From: Antedon mediterranea | Taxonomy: Eukaryota > Animalia > Echinodermata | NCBI RefSeq assembly: GCF_964355755.1 | Contig: NC_092679.1 | Location: 24,535,432 to 24,599,431, forward strand | DNA length: 64,000 nucleotides | Reading direction: 5' to 3' | In this document: piece by piece, positions 38,701 through 53,800 of the stretch | How the letters are laid out: each line of letters opens with the position of its first letter | Numbering within the stretch: the stretch's first letter is position 1 | Translations under genes and position numbers: made by a program | The notes under the pieces: generated by a model | Told to the model about the DNA's origin: nothing | The model's input: only the letters and a program-made list of their open reading frames with translations | Database searches by the model: none

Positions 38701-41700
38701 TCATAGTAATATTTGCCAATATTTTTAAAGATGTATTGTCTCATATTGAATATGTCATTTTAATTATTGTTATCCACTTTTACTAGAAATTGGATAGAAA
38801 AAATATATATACCTAAAAAACTGTAATTTAATGCAAAAATAGTCAAATTGGCTGCCAGCCAATGGTTAACATTTATGTTGTCATTTTATAAGTGAAAACA
38901 TTAATTTTCTCCATTTTTTGTCTAGGAAAGTGATTAACTTTAGTAAAACCACAAAATAATCTATTCAAATCTGATTTTATATTTCATGTTTTTTTTAAAG
39001 AAGAATTTCTACTGTTATTTTATGATAATAGTGGACAAATAAAGCATAGAGCAATTTATTGTTACACCCGATAGCAGTACAATTTCTAGAGTAGAAAAAT
39101 AATTAATAGCCTAATCAAATACTCATTACTTTTATAACTTTTCTGAATAAAGTCTAGACTAGATAATAAATGCTTTTTAATAATTATTTCTTTTTAGGTA
39201 AGAACAGTATTAATTCATTATTTATTATTCAAAAAATATATTTTAAAATATTTTGTTCCATTTGTCATATTATAACGGTCAGTTAGTTGAAAATATATAT
39301 AGATTGTATTGATAAAAACTTATCTAATACAGTAATACACAAAAATGTTATACTGTACAAAACAAACTATTTTCATGAACGGTACAACAGATGTTCCAAC
39401 CCCAACCTCCCGAAAATGTTTAACTTAAAGGAAAGTCTATTACCGTATGATTTTGCCTTGTTTAAAACTCACAAAATACCCAACTAATCAGATTTAATCA
39501 TGTATTAAATACAGAAATAGATAGAATTCACTCAGGGTTTGAAGAATATTTTTCCATTCGGGATATTTTGTTAATATTCAGGCAATCAGAAGTGTTGGAA
39601 TGTCTGGGTACAATGCATCTTGTTTTATTTATTTATTTTCTAAGCCACCATATTCATATGCAACAAATACAACATTTGACCTTCACAATTTATAAATTGA
39701 ACTTAAGATTTCATAATTGACTATATTTGGTTCTTTTATCTATCATAATAAAACTCTCATCAATGAATTTATGATACAGCAGTTAGTATAGAAAAACGTA
39801 CAATAAATATTGAATGAAAATTTTATTTCATTTATTTCACCAACCATAGACAAAAGAAACATATTTTAACGCGCAAGTGCTTGAGTGAAATGGCTCCATA
39901 TTCCTTGAGTGAATGCCAAATTTATTTTTAACATTAATAGCCATGATTCTCAGTGTACAAGATATAAGCCAAATAACAAATTAATGGAATGAAATGGGAA
40001 ACTGGTACGAGAAAAAAGAACATTGTTATGCCATGGAACAAAATCATGGATTAATGGAACAAAGTCATGGATTAATCTCCCAAACACTACCAGTAAAAAT
40101 TAAATTTACACAATTTATTAAAACCAAATAAATATCGTGTAATTCTTGCTTTCCCTCCTTTTAATACTTCACAATTGCTAACCATTTTTGTAAAAATGTT
40201 TTAATGTAAAAAATGAAACAAATTCAATTTCATACATACTAAACAATACAGTATATAATTACATCAATTTTTATAAACATATAAAGACCAGTTATTTCAA
40301 TAACTAACAATTACAATGTTGTCTGTATTATGATATTATTTATTTTCCTTTTTGAGCTTCTGTCCTGAATATTCTTATAAATTGTTGTCTGTATATTTTA
40401 AGCTTGGCAACAAAATGAATTTTCCATGTGGACTAATAAAGATTCACTCTCCACTGCAGTTTACACAAATTTATTTATTAAAATTACTCTTATAAACTGT
40501 ATGTTTATTAGTTTTTGTCTGTATATTTTATTTAAACATGAAAACAAAATGAATTTTACATGTGGGCCAATAAAGATTCTCTCTCCATTGCGGTTTAGAA
40601 AAATGTATTTAATAAAATGAATATATATACTCTATATTATTAGTTTTTGTCTATATTTTATTTAAGCATGAAAGCAAAATGAATTTTGCATGTGGACCAA
40701 TAAAGAGTCTGTATTCTTTATCCATTGTGATACTGAAAATGTAATGGACATTATTATTAATGAATAAATAATGAGGCATGAAAAAATATATTGCATGCTT
40801 AAAACGTAATATGAAGATACCCACCTGTGAGAGTTGACAAGTCTATAATTTCATAACGGTGATCAAATTTCCGGAATTTAGCTCTAATCGAAAAATGACA
40901 ATTAAAACTGTTTTTTTCATTAAATTGCTGCGTGATGGTTCATAATTAGGCTGAGATTTAATGGAATTAATAGCTGTTAGGCAAGCTAGGGTATAAAAAA
41001 CCATAGTTTTGCAGCTGACAAGTTCCGCTGTTATGAGTTGTTGGATCCTGTGTGCAAAATGTGCTCATAAGCGTAAAACAGGTTGTGGATTGATGGTCAC
41101 GGATTTGTGGTTTCTAAGACAGGGCTACTGTTAATCTACGGCCTTTATTGATAGGTTTGTGGGCAATGTTTCTGGCAGTAGAACTTATCTTCTCAAATAG
41201 CACTTTACAGTATACATCAGTTGCACTTTAAAAAAAAATGTCTTGTGTTTTATCTTGTTTTTTATGTGTTCCTTTCTGTAAATGGCAGGTTCCCCGCTGT
41301 TGATTGCAAAATAAAATTTTAAAAAAATAAAATAAAATGTTTTTAATGACAATCATAGACTTTTTTTGCATTGATGAGCTGATTGTATTATATTTGTTTT
41401 GCTACTAGATTGTTAAGTATGTGGAGTGTTTTACAGGACCAAACATCATGGCAATGCACACAATGCTGATAAACAAGCCACCAGATTCAGGTAAACTCAG
41501 TGAGCAACATTCAGAATTCAATCAATGGTGTGGTTGCACCCGATTCTCAGTACCGTGTATAGATTTCTCCAGTATCTTGGGAAAACTTCAACTAAATTTG
41601 CATTACTTTGTAATTAATATTCAAAAATATAATTATTTATGTATATTTTAAATTGATCTGACATTGTGAATAAAGTTGCGATGAATGGAACATTCCACAA

Positions 41701-44700
41701 AAAAATAAATCTGTAATACTATAGCGCTCGCTTTCATAAAACTGAACATTTTGTTTGTCCAAGTTGGAAGGTCTGTTCACACAGTAAAACTGAATTGTGG
41801 TATTTGATGAAGTAATACCGCTGCCGCTGCCACATAAAGAAGTCATCTCCTTGTATCTTAGAACCAAACTGTAGTAGTAATACTAATACTGTAGTAGGTC
41901 AAAATATCACACATTCAAAATCATTTGCATTTAAATTACTTCTCACAGCGGACCTATTAATAGGCACCAACTGCTGAACATACATTTTCCTGCAGTCAGT
42001 TATCTGGTGTGCATCCCGGTGTGCATACAGTCACTATTCTTTCTGCAAATAAAATCACCATTTGTTTATTGTAATTTTCTTTAAATTGTATAATAAATTG
42101 GAAATTGGGATTCAATAAAAAATAAATTAATCAAAATCAAATTCTGTTTGATCCTTTTGATTTTACTTAACAGAAACAAAAACTGAATTGGTGATACTAG
42201 GGTCAACCCATCACTGTAGCTGAGCCGGTTGACCCAACCCCAGTTTAGTTTACACCTTAAAACACAGATAGTTAAAAAAAAGCAGGAACAAACAAGAATA
42301 AAAAAATAAATATAAACACTTCTAAGAAAAGAAAATAAATTATTTCACATTAAAAACATGACCTTCCATACAAATTACAAGTGTTTACTCTTTATTTTCT
42401 GACCTACTTAAAATAGGACATGCTGGTTGCACAAGCCTTGTAAAACATTAACTCACTTTCAGCAAAATATATGTGTTGAATATTATGGTAATGCCACTCT
42501 CTAATTAAGTGTTCTGGTTTAATGGTCTAATTGACACATTGGCAATTCAGTATTAACTGTAGGCCTATTGTGAAATGCTATTAGTATTAGTACTGTATGT
42601 TTTATTGGGTTTTGTGAATTGCTACTACATACAAGAATACACATTTTTAAGACATTACCTGCCACTTTTACATATAAATGTTATCAACATTATTCCATTT
42701 TAAACTCAATTGAATGTATGATATAAACTTGATCATTCATTTTGCATCATAGCTAGCATAAATTACCTTGTTCCTTTGATATTAAAATAGTCTATACTAT
42801 CTTGAAAGTGGGCTTGAGTTCAAGAGGGGCTTCTAGAGACTAGTTTTGCAGACCTGCAAAGAGGGGGCTTCTTTTCGGAAAAAAATCGAGGGAGCTTCTT
42901 TTCGAGTACATTTAGAATTGGGGATATAAAATAAATGAACAAGAACAAAATTAAGTAAGATGATAACAATTGAACAGTCCAAAGAATAACACCTGTCCAA
43001 AAGAGGCAAAATAAAGAAAGATTAAAGATGTATTTTCCTCCTGAAAAAATAATTCTTTAACATATTTTGTTGCCAATTTAATGTCACATAACAGTTATTG
43101 ACTTTGACCAAAAATTGAATAAAAAAAAATGTTTTACCTAAAAAAACTGCAATTTAAAGCAAAAATTAGTAAAACTGACTGCCAGCCAATGGGTTTTTGG
43201 TTGAATTTAACCATTTATTTTGTCATTTTATAAGTGAAAATATTTTTTCCCCTTTTTTTTTTTCTACGAAAATAAACCTATTCAATTAATCTTCATTTTT
43301 CATGTTTTTGGAGGACAATACATCTTAAACAAGTCACTGATTTTACTAAAAATTTGTTTGAAAAAAGTAACACTGACATTACCCTTAATGTTGATTTGTT
43401 GTGCGTCATTGACAGCTGGCTAAGCATTATTGTTTGTAATTACTCTACTGTTATTAACTTTTCTAGGCACCAAGTCATCCCGTCATCCAATGCATCAAGA
43501 CCTACACTACTTTCCATTCAGGCCAGCTGAACGTATTGTTTGTGCATGGTGTGCAATGGAGAAAGTTGATCGCTCTAATGGATGTCTGGTAGTGGTACCA
43601 GGCTCTCACAAGGGCAAGCTAAAACAACATGGCTATCCACAATGGGAGGTAAAGCTTTACAGATAGAAATTGATTTTTTTTTTAGTTCACTTTATCATAA
43701 CATTCTAGATACACTTAAATGAAACTGTACCTCAGCGTCGCAAATGAAATAATATTGGTTGTTCCTTGCCAATTTTGTTTCACATGGCATTAATTGCATT
43801 CCATTCTAATAAGGATATTCAATGTTTCTACAGCCAGGTCATTGTAAAAATGGTGAGTGTGTGACAGGTCGATAAATAATACATTTCTTATACTGTGCTA
43901 GATTTAAATGGTCAGAAATTATATTTGTAACTTTTATTAGGGTGGTGTAAACAAGATGTACCATGGTGTAATGGACTACACCCCTGACCAGGAGCGTGTT
44001 CATCTAGAGATGGAGAAAGGAGATGTTGTGTTCTTCCATCCACTACTATTGCATGGATCTGGCACTAATAGAACCCAAGGGTTTAGAAAGGTAAACATTT
44101 TATTTTGAGTCTTGACCAATTTCACAAAACTGTCCTTCAACACATGCACATGTCATACAATATTTATGTTATTTATTTTTTTTATTCTTTTTTCTCAGCT
44201 TGCCCATCACAAGATGTTTTTTTTCAGAGACTTTATTCAATAATATTTTCTTTTAATACATATTTGAAATTTAAAACTTACATTACATAAGATGTTTTTT
44301 TCATCTTCAAAGGCCTTCAACCTTTGACCTCATATCTTTTTTGTTTTGCTTTGTACATTAATGTCATAGTATGTAAATAACTGTTATGAAACTTGAAATG
44401 TTGGAATGAGGAGAATGCATATAAATTGTATGTGCAGATGTGTGTACATTCACAAACATTATAGTATATGCAATTGGGTTCAAATCACCCTTTACATGTG
44501 AAGCCTGTTTTCCACTAGGAAAATTTATTCACATTGATTCAATGTTTTCACGAAGAAAAAAATGTGTGTTATCCTTGAATTACAATAGAAAGGTGTGACA
44601 ACACTTTCCAGAGCTGTGATTTGTTGCGCACTATTTTGCTTCATTTGAAATTTGACCTAATTTCTTAAATATGGAAATATGAAATGTGAAAATCTGATAC

Positions 44701-45937
44701 TTTAATTCAGGCGTTCATGACTAATTGAAAAACAATTATTGCTTAAAGTAAACAAAGTTAAATCATATCAAATCAACTGGACTTAACTGTGTTTACTCAT
44801 GCATTTAGCTGGAATAAATAAACGTTATTGGTTTGCTATGTCTAATGGTTGCTATAGCACGCAGGATGTATATTGGGTTATTAATACTATGATGAGGTTT
44901 ATGTTCTCAATGGAGTGGATGGAGTTGTGGCTTGGTGGTTATGATGCTTGGCTACCAATTCAAGGGTTCTCGGTTCAAATCCTGTCTAATTAAAAATTCA
45001 ACTCCACTCCCAAAGACTTGTAATAGGACTTTGTTTATGTAGAGCATCTTGTGTACAGTATATGTCTGCCTTGTGAACGGGATTGCCACCTTTAAGAAGG
45101 ATAGTGAATTTATTTATTTATTTTATATATTTATTTCAAAAATATTTTATGAGGGTGAGCCATCGAGCATAAGCTGATCATTAGGGACCCTCAATGAATT
45201 CACTTATAATTATCCTTGGCAATTTGTCTAAATATATATAAAAAAAAAGAAAATAAAAACAAGTGCATTAAGAGAAAGAAATAGTGCTATCACAAACTAT
45301 ACAGTAGCTTTATTGTAAATGTCTCGTGTCTTCATTTAAACTGTATCTTTTGACTCCAATCCAGATAGATTTATAAGTTGTACTAACAAACCTTGTTAAT
45401 TTTGAAGGCTATTTCATGTCACTATGCAGCGTCTGAGTGTGAGTACATCGATGTTGGTGGAACAACACAGCAGACAATTGCTGAAGAAGTATATGAAATA
45501 GCCAAACGAAAATTAGGAGATGAAGTTGAATTAAAGTTTGATGTAAGTACACTTTTAACTGTTAAAAATAAAAACTAGCACAGTATTTTAATTCATTTCG
45601 GCAATAAACATGAAATAATAATTACAAAACATAGAAATATATATATATATGAAGTACAAGACATGAATACATTATTACTAATACTTGTTCAAAAGTGTAC
45701 ACAAAAGAACAGCAATAGAGAGAAATGGCAGATATCTACAATTGTTTGGTTTTTGTTTACAATCTATACCTTATTTGTTCGTGATGTTATCATTTCCCTC
45801 TGTTATACACATACTGTACATCTGTGCTAACTTGCTTTTACACAAACATATTGTACATTTGTGCTTATTTGCTTTATCTGTAGGATGTTTGGAGGATCAA
45901 AGGAAGACTTGTTAATGGTCAGGAAATCAATTTATAG
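32727..45937 (+). CDS. PHYH: Phytanoyl-CoA dioxygenase, peroxisomal; 8 exons, 330 aa
   Basis: Exons 32727-32783, 36555-36718, 37592-37760, 41409-41490, 43467-43648, 43941-44090, 45408-45542, 45884-45937 (993 nt, phase-consistent). PTS2 RLKIITSHL; [15 protein letters not shown]; Fe ligands [14 protein letters not shown] and [11 protein letters not shown]; 2OG-binding [11 protein letters not shown]. Confidence 0.95.
32784..36554 (+). other. U12-type (minor spliceosome) GT-AG intron 1 of PHYH
   Basis: 5' splice site GTATCCTT; branch site TTCTTTAAC at 36531-36539, ~16 nt before the AG (36553-36554); no polypyrimidine tract between them; the join is in frame. Confidence 0.8.
39388..39606. mobile_element. 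219-bp MITE with 7-bp TSD
   Basis: TIR CAGATGTTCCAAC / GTTGGAATGTCTG, flanked by the direct repeat GGTACAA (39381-39387, 39607-39613). Confidence 0.65.
40380..40705. repeat. Diverged ~130-bp tandem repeat x3
   Basis: CAAAATGAATTTT.CATGTGG.C.AATAAAGA recurs at ~40410, ~40545 and ~40675. Confidence 0.7.
44921..45095 (+). mobile_element. Degenerate tRNA-derived SINE
   Basis: A-box-like TGGCTTGGTGG and B-box GGTTCAAATCC with tRNA spacing; no intact cloverleaf. Confidence 0.45.
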
Positions 45938-46689
45938 ACAATAAAATGAATATGGTGTATATTGGTTTTACTATGGTACATATACTAAAATAATAACTAG
46001 ACAATGAAATAATGAACATGAACATACTAGAATAATATTTGTTATGATTTTTATCTGTATACATTTTCTTGTGAAAACTTTTAACTCATGTTTTAACTCG
46101 ATTTGAAACTTAGGTTGATTTAAAGTTCTATCCTAGTATTTTCATATACAGTAGGACCTACAATGTATATTTTGTTGGCAATTCAATACATGAAAGTACA
46201 GTATGCTGTTTTATGTGTTAAGTGTATTCGCTTTTAGGCCTATTGTAGCTGTAAAACAAAACATTACTGCAACCATGGCTGTTCTACATGCTGGGGGTAA
46301 ATTTTAAGGTCCTGAACTGTACATAAAATAATAGGTCCTACTGTAAAATGGCTTTACTAAAATTTTAAAAAATAACCACAAACTATTATCAACCAAACAA
46401 GGTATTACTGTACATTTAAATGTCAAAATAAGTGCTGCCAAGATTATTATACAAGAAGCCTTAATGTGAATATCTGAAATGAATTACAATAACAATTGTT
46501 TAATTTAATAAATTCTTGTATTAGTTTATGTAAATGAAAATAATGTATAGGATTAAGGTGATATTTGAGCTTAATAGTATGTGTAATGAGTTTAAATATA
46601 TTATATGTGTAAAATAGAGCTATAACATCTAGTATACAAATAATGAATGTTTATCAGTGTGATGCCGGTACAAATAATCCTCTCATGAA

Positions 46690-47230
46690 ACAATTTTCGA
46701 CCCTTTTAGTTTTCGGCATAATTTGTTTCTATAACATTATAAGATGATAATACTTGGGCAATATATGATCATATACATCAACATTACCGAATAATAATTG
46801 AATTTTGAAAACTTGATATTTTGGCCATTTTTTGAAAAAATCCTACTATAATAGTACAGGGATTTTTTTAGAAAAATAGCCAATTTTCGACCCTTTTATT
46901 TTTCAACAGAACTGGATTCTATGGCACTATAAAGATGATGATAAAGCAATATATGATCATATAATAATTTAATTTTAAAAACTTGATATTTTGGCCAATT
47001 TTCAAAAATATCCCTGTACTAGTATAGTACAGGAATTTTTTTAGAAAAATAGTCAATTTTCGACCATTTTATTTTTCGACTGGTTTCTATGGCACTATAA
47101 GATAATGATAAAGCAATATATGATCATATAAAGCAATATTATCGAATAATAATTGATTTTTAAAAACTTGATATTTTGGCCAGTTTTCGAAAAAATTCCT
47201 GTACATAGTACAGCCAATTTTTGACCATTT
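46690..47230. repeat. ~170-190-bp tandem repeat x3 between the convergent PHYH and CIMIP6 3' ends
   Basis: CAATTTTCGACC, GCAATATATGATCATAT and AAAACTTGATATTTTGGCCA each recur at least three times. Confidence 0.8.
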
Positions 47231-47807
47231 TATAGGAATATACTGCACATAAAATAGAGCACTTGTTTTCATGTGACCCATAATCGTCCAATCAAATGAC
47301 AGGAATCTATTTAGGTGTTATTAAATAATATTCACTTTATTATAATCCACATAAAAATAATTTACAGATCATGGCCAGAGGCCAAATTGTAAGTAACTCT
47401 TACAAAAATATACAACTATAAAAATAGGCATAACAAGAAACATAACTGCGAAAAAACATCAACAAACCAAGAATAGTGGTTATGTCATATTAGGCTGGCC
47501 CTAAAAATCTCAGAAATGTCAAATCAGAAAGAAAAAATACCATTTGCCAATGTCTACATTGAAATTAAAATGTACTTGCGTATCAATTTTTGCAAATACA
47601 TTTAAATTTTAACAGACTTTTTCTGCTGCCTAAGCCGCCCCATAAATGATAGGCTCATAATACAGGGTAAATTAGTCATTTACACAGGCATAATTATCGT
47701 ACAGAATTTAATGAAGTTTCAATAAATAGGATTTTAAAAATATATAAAATATAAGTATAAAATTTGCAATTATACATATATGCACCTAAAACAGAACGAT
47801 AGCACAA

Positions 47808-50800
47808 TCATGGAGACACTGCAGGTGGCATGGAAGATCCATCACTAGCACCATCATCACAGTTAACAGGATAAAGGGTATCCCACACCAGGCTTCCATG
47901 TAGCTACAAAAAAACACAATAATCATTATATTGAGAAACCAATTAAAGCTTTACAATCATAAAAAGCAATCCAATAGTAATCATTACGCTTCCCTGTTTT
48001 TATTAACTTCAAGGTATATACTGTTCAATACAATGATATTATAATAATAATTACACAGTATATTAAACTTGTACTGTACACAAAGCACCTCGCTTTACAG
48101 CAACAAGAGAGACATTTTAATACAGTAATTACAAATGGCGCCACCAATACTTCCTACATACCTTTCCTCTAATTGGTTCAGTTGGCTTAGCTCTTGCATT
48201 GTATTGGTGGTTATAAGAGATCTTCTCAACTAATAAACGTGGCCCATTTTCTGGAGGCAAGTGTGTTACTGGAACTGAAAATAAAGAATGTGTGCTGAGC
48301 ATCAATATAAAAGTATTTTAAGTACAGTCTTCTTAACCACAAGCTACAACTCCAATGTGCAATCTACAAATCCTGGCACTCCCCGGGCTACAACTCCACT
48401 CCCCAAGCTACAACTCCACTCCCAAGCTAGAACTCCACTCTCAAGCTGCAACTACTGGCACTCTTCAGCCTACAACTCCTCTCTGCAAGATACTTCACTC
48501 CTCACTAAGCTACAATGTCACTCACCAACATACAACTTTACTCTCCATCTTCATTGGTACTGTACTTGTATACAATACCTATTCCATTAGCAGGTCTTGA
48601 ATTTGGATTACTTCCATGTCTCGATATCTGCTGTTGATATCTGTGACTTTGTTTGTCACCATAGTCTGATCTATTTGTTGTACTGTAGCTATATTCATGT
48701 TTCTTTAGAGGTTCATCTGATGTTCTTGATGGCCACCAATGGTTTTCTTCAGCTTCTTTCACCTCTATCTTAGTGGCAACATGACAAATTGGTTGGTGTA
48801 ACAGTCTGCAGTCTTGTTCTAGGAATCCTACCTTCTCTGGATGTGGTTTATGGTGTCTATTTGTGGATGGTGGTCGTTTTTCTAATGGAGGCTTCCTTTC
48901 CCCTGTATGGGTTGCTGAATAGTGACTTTGAAACTGTGTGTCTGCTTTTTTGTTACCAAATATTCTACTGGTGTCTGGACTAAAAGATAAGAGGTATAGT
49001 TCAGAAAAAAGTTATACAAACTGTAAAGGAATAATATACTTTTTTTTAACAATAGTACACAATTTACCTACATATTTAACTAAAAATACAATATAAGCTA
49101 TGCCTAGTAAATTGGTAGGCATAAGTGATACAATATCATAATACGATGGAATCCCAATTTTATTTACTATTGTTAGTGTATCTGGCAGCCTCTTTATCTA
49201 TTGAAAAACAGTACAATAAAATAAGAATTAATACAAGCTAGCAGCCTATGTATGGCCTACACTTTGTACATTGTATATGTTATGCGCGATTTGAACGATT
49301 TGCGCAATTTAAAATTGCGCAAAGAATTCCTTGCGCAATTTGAATTGAAAAATCTGTTTCAAATTGCGCAAGCAACGTATTAAATTGCGCAAGTAGTCTG
49401 CAAATTGCGCAAGGTTTTTTTTGACAGATTGTGAAATCATGCACACCCATATTTTTATAGTAATTTCTAAGAATGATTCAAAATTAAAGATAATATCGCA
49501 TTTCCTTATTTTTTATAGTAGTGAAAATATTGTTATTGTTAGCCTACCGTCGAAGACCCGACAAAGGACCACAAAGGTGGAGTTCCCGGCGGGCATGTGC
49601 ACGGCGGGCGGCTAATACTACTCTAGCCTCCTACTACTGGCTATTGTTACGTGTGACGAGAGTCAGGTGTCACATGTCGCATGCAAATGAATCAAGTCGT
49701 CGGTGGTCAAGTGGACGAATCAGAATGGAGCATGGTGGTGCGCGGTATTTTGGAAAGCTGTGCTGGGTGTGTGATACAAAGAAGGGAGTCACTCAGGAGA
49801 CAGGGCCAGCTAAGGACGCTTGCGGTTAGAACTGTGCTTGATACTGGAAGCAAGGCATGACGATAAGAATAAGAAGGTTGTGATGTGTACAGATGGCCAG
49901 GCAAACCAACCACTCGGTATCATACGTATCTATAATTGTGTTGTTATGTATTTTGTGCTTCGTGAAAGGAAATAAATGGAGCTCGTGCTCTTTGCATAAT
50001 ACTCTGAGTGTCGACTATTGTTTGTTCCAAGCCTCGTTGTTGCTATTTATTTAGGTATTTCGGCCTAGGCCAAAAGTGGTCGTAACAGAAATTGGGGGCT
50101 CGTCCGGGAAAACCGGAGTTATCAGACTCACTCGGGGTTTGGAACAAACAATCACTGCTACACTATTGTAATTTTTTTTAACCATTTGTTTATAATGGAG
50201 TTTGAGGCTGAAAAATACCTTGCAGAGTGTGTTTCCTGGGAAAAATTTAATACGTTAAAAAAGCCAGATTTGTTGGCGTTGGGAAGGTATTTTGATCTGC
50301 ATTTAAAACAGTCTACGAGAAAACAAGTTGTTAAAAATAAATTAATTGAAACCCTTGTAAGAGAAGAATACTTAGAAGAATCATGTTTAAAGGAAGTGAT
50401 TGTGGTTGAGGAAGTAGAGAGTGAAGCTGTAAAATTAAAAGAATTAGAGTTACAAATGGCTAAGATGGAAATTGATAAAGAGAGAATGATGATGGAAATG
50501 GAAATGGAGAGGGCAAAGCAAAAAGCAGATGTAGAGTTAGAGCTTGCGAAATTGCAGTACCAAATTGAAAGAGACATTATTGAGAGAGAGAGAGAAGGAA
50601 AAGTAAATGTTGCTAGTGCGCCTAATGCTTTCGATGCGTCTAAACACATTAGGCTTGTTCCAAAATTTCAGGAAACCGAAGTTGATGAATATTTTCAACA
50701 CTTTGAAAAAATTGCGTACAGTATGAAGTGGCCGACAGAAAAGTGGACCCTTCTGTTACAGAGTGTTTTCATAGGGAAAGCACGTGAAATTTATTCGGCT

Positions 50801-53800
50801 CTACCCCTTCATGAATGTAGTGATTATGAAATAGTGAAGAAAGCAGTGCTCAGTGCTTACGAACTTGTGCCAGAAGCTTATCGACAAAGATTTAGAAATG
50901 CGAGGATACAGTGTGAACAAACGCATGTGGAGTTTGCCAGAGTTAAAGAGCAAATGTTTGATAGATGGGTTAGTTCTAAAGATGTAGAATTGAATTATGA
51001 TAATTTAAAGCAAATGATGTTAATAGAAGAATTTAAAAGGTGCATTCATGTTGATATTAAAATTCACCTTGATGAACGTAAAATTGATACATTGAAAGAC
51101 GCAGCAGTATATGCCGATGACTATGCATTGACTCATAAATTAAGTGCGATAAACATAAATAATCCTAACCATGAGGATAAACCACGTGATTACAAACGGG
51201 TATCTGATACTAAGAGACAGAGTCCGTTTAAGAGTAAGCGTTGGGATAAGCCTAAGGTATTAACATGTTACCATTGCAAAAAACCAGGACATGTTATGTC
51301 TCAATGTTATTTTCTCAAACGTAACTCAAGTAACAAATCTTCTCTTCCAGTAGGATGTGCTACATTAAAAGGGGACACCAACAACATTTCAAAAGTAAAT
51401 AAGCAAATTGAATGTAATAAAACTAATGAAAATTTTGCACCATTTATGTCAGAGGCACGGGTATCGCTAAAAGGTGATGATTGCTTTAAACGCATTAGGG
51501 TCATGCGAGATACATGCTGTGCCCAATCTATGATGTTGGAAGGAGCTCTTTCTTTCGGTAAAAGTAGTTCTACGAGTATGACCGCGTTAATTCGAGGTGT
51601 GGGGATGAATGTTATTAATGTCCCGTTACACAAAGTAATAATTGATTCTGAATTAGTTAAAGGGGAAGCGATAATAGGTGTTGTACCGGAGCTTCCAGTA
51701 AAGGGTATTGATATGCTTTTGGGTAATGATTTGGCTGGCGGTAGGGTGTTACCTGAATTAATGATTAACGATAATTTAACTCGCACACTACAAGAGTCTA
51801 ATGTGCTATGTGAAACTGGTACGCCCGACAATGATTGGGAATACCCCGCCTGCGCTGTAACACGTGCAATGACACAGAAAATTGAAGATAGAATGTCCGA
51901 TAACGATGGATTAGATTTAGAGGGGACATTCATGTCAAATCTAGAATTTTATAACCCAGGTGAAGATATCAAAAAGACAAAGTGCGACACTTCCTTAAAT
52001 GTAGGGTCAGGTGAACCCAAAAATAGAAAAAGAGAGCCTTTAAGTACAGAAATGTTGATCAAGGAACAAGAAGATGATTCATTTATACAGAAATTGGGGT
52101 CTAGGGTGTTACCTAAGGAGGAAGCGGCAAAACTACCGGTCTGCTTCTATAAAGAAAATAACGTTGTTATGAGAAAATGGAGGCCACGTCATGCACAGGT
52201 ACATGATGTGTGGGCTGTGGTACATCAAATTGTAGTCCCGAAAGTCTATCACGACGATGTAATAGGCATAGCCCATGACAACTCTATGTCAGGGCACTTG
52301 GGTGTTAGAAAAACACATGATAAAATTATTCAACATTTCTGGTGGCCATCTCTTAAAAAGGAAGTATCACGCTATTGCCGTTTGTGCCACATATGCCAGG
52401 TTGTGGGAAAGCCAAATAAGAAAATTCCGGTAGCACCGCTTAAGCCAATACCCGCTTTTGGGGAACCATTCAGCAAAGTTATGATAGATTGCGTTGGTCC
52501 ATTGCCAAAAACAAAGTCCGGAAATCAATATCTCCTTACTATTATGTGCTGCTCTACGCGTTTTCCCGAAGCAGTCCCACTTAGAAATATTAAGGCAGCA
52601 ACGGTAGTCAAAGCTTTAATTAAATTCTTCACATTAGTTGGTTTGCCTACATCAATTCAATCTGACCAGGGCACTAATTTTAAATCAGGGTTATTCCAAC
52701 AAATTATGTTACAATTGGGCATAGAGCAATCAACATCTAGTGCGTATCACCCAGAGTCTCAAGGTGCTATAGAAAGATTTCACCAAACGTTAAAAAACAT
52801 GTTAAGGGCATATTGTGTAGAGTTTCAAAGGGAATGGGACGAAGGGGTACATTTAGTTCTTTTTGCAGCCAGAGAATCTGTACAAGAAACATTAGGTTTC
52901 AGCCCATTTCAGTTGGTCTTCGGTCACTCCGTGCGGGGACCATTAAAATTGCTGAAAGACAAGTGGCTCCAGGGAGAACTAAATAATGTAAATTTATTGG
53001 ATTATGTATGCGACTTTAGGCATAAACTTAACAGGGCGACCGTCATTGCTAAAGCAAATTTAGTAAAAGCACAAACTAAGATGAAAACTTGGTATGATAA
53101 AAATGCAAAAAGCAGGGTTTTTAAACCTGGGGACAAGGTTCTGGCATTGTTTCCCATTCAGGGGAGCCCAATGCAAGCGCGATTTCACGGTCCATACAAA
53201 ATCGACTCAAAAATAAATGATCTAAATTATGTCATAAATACACCAGGGAGACGGAAGAGTAGACAATTATGTCACATTAATATGCTTAAAGAATATGCCG
53301 AACATGTTTCTCGCGATGTAAAACCAAATTGTGCGGCTGTAGCTTGTAACAATGACGGTGGCTCTCGCAATGATTTAAAAGAAAAGGGCAAGGAATATGA
53401 TTTAAAACTAAGCAATTCTGATGTAATGAACAATTTACAACAAAAGTTAACTCATTTATCAATAGAACAACAGAGTCAATTGAGTACACTTGTGAATAAA
53501 TGGAACGGTATCTTTTCTGACACCCCTAGTGTAACAAATGCTGCAATCCATGATATCATTGTTGGGGATACACAACCTATTAAGCAACATCCTTACAGGG
53601 TGAATCCAATTAAAATGGAGTATCTCCATAAGGAAATTGAATATATGTTTAAAAATAGTATAATTGAGCTTAGTAAAAGCGACTGGAGTTCGCCATGCAT
53701 GCTTGTTCCCAAGTCTGATGGTTCATATAGACTCGTGGCGGATATGCGAGCAGTTAATCGTTGTTCAAAAACAGACTCGTATCCAATTCCGAGAATTGAA

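Noticed and set aside
49521-49913. Small ORFs in the LTRs (duplicated at 55236-55505)
   Set aside because: Incidental frames in GC-richer LTR sequence; non-ATG starts and no domains.
50158-51933. Antisense ORFs 50158-50649 and 51307-51933
   Set aside because: Codon-mirror shadows of gag-pol with no independent motifs.
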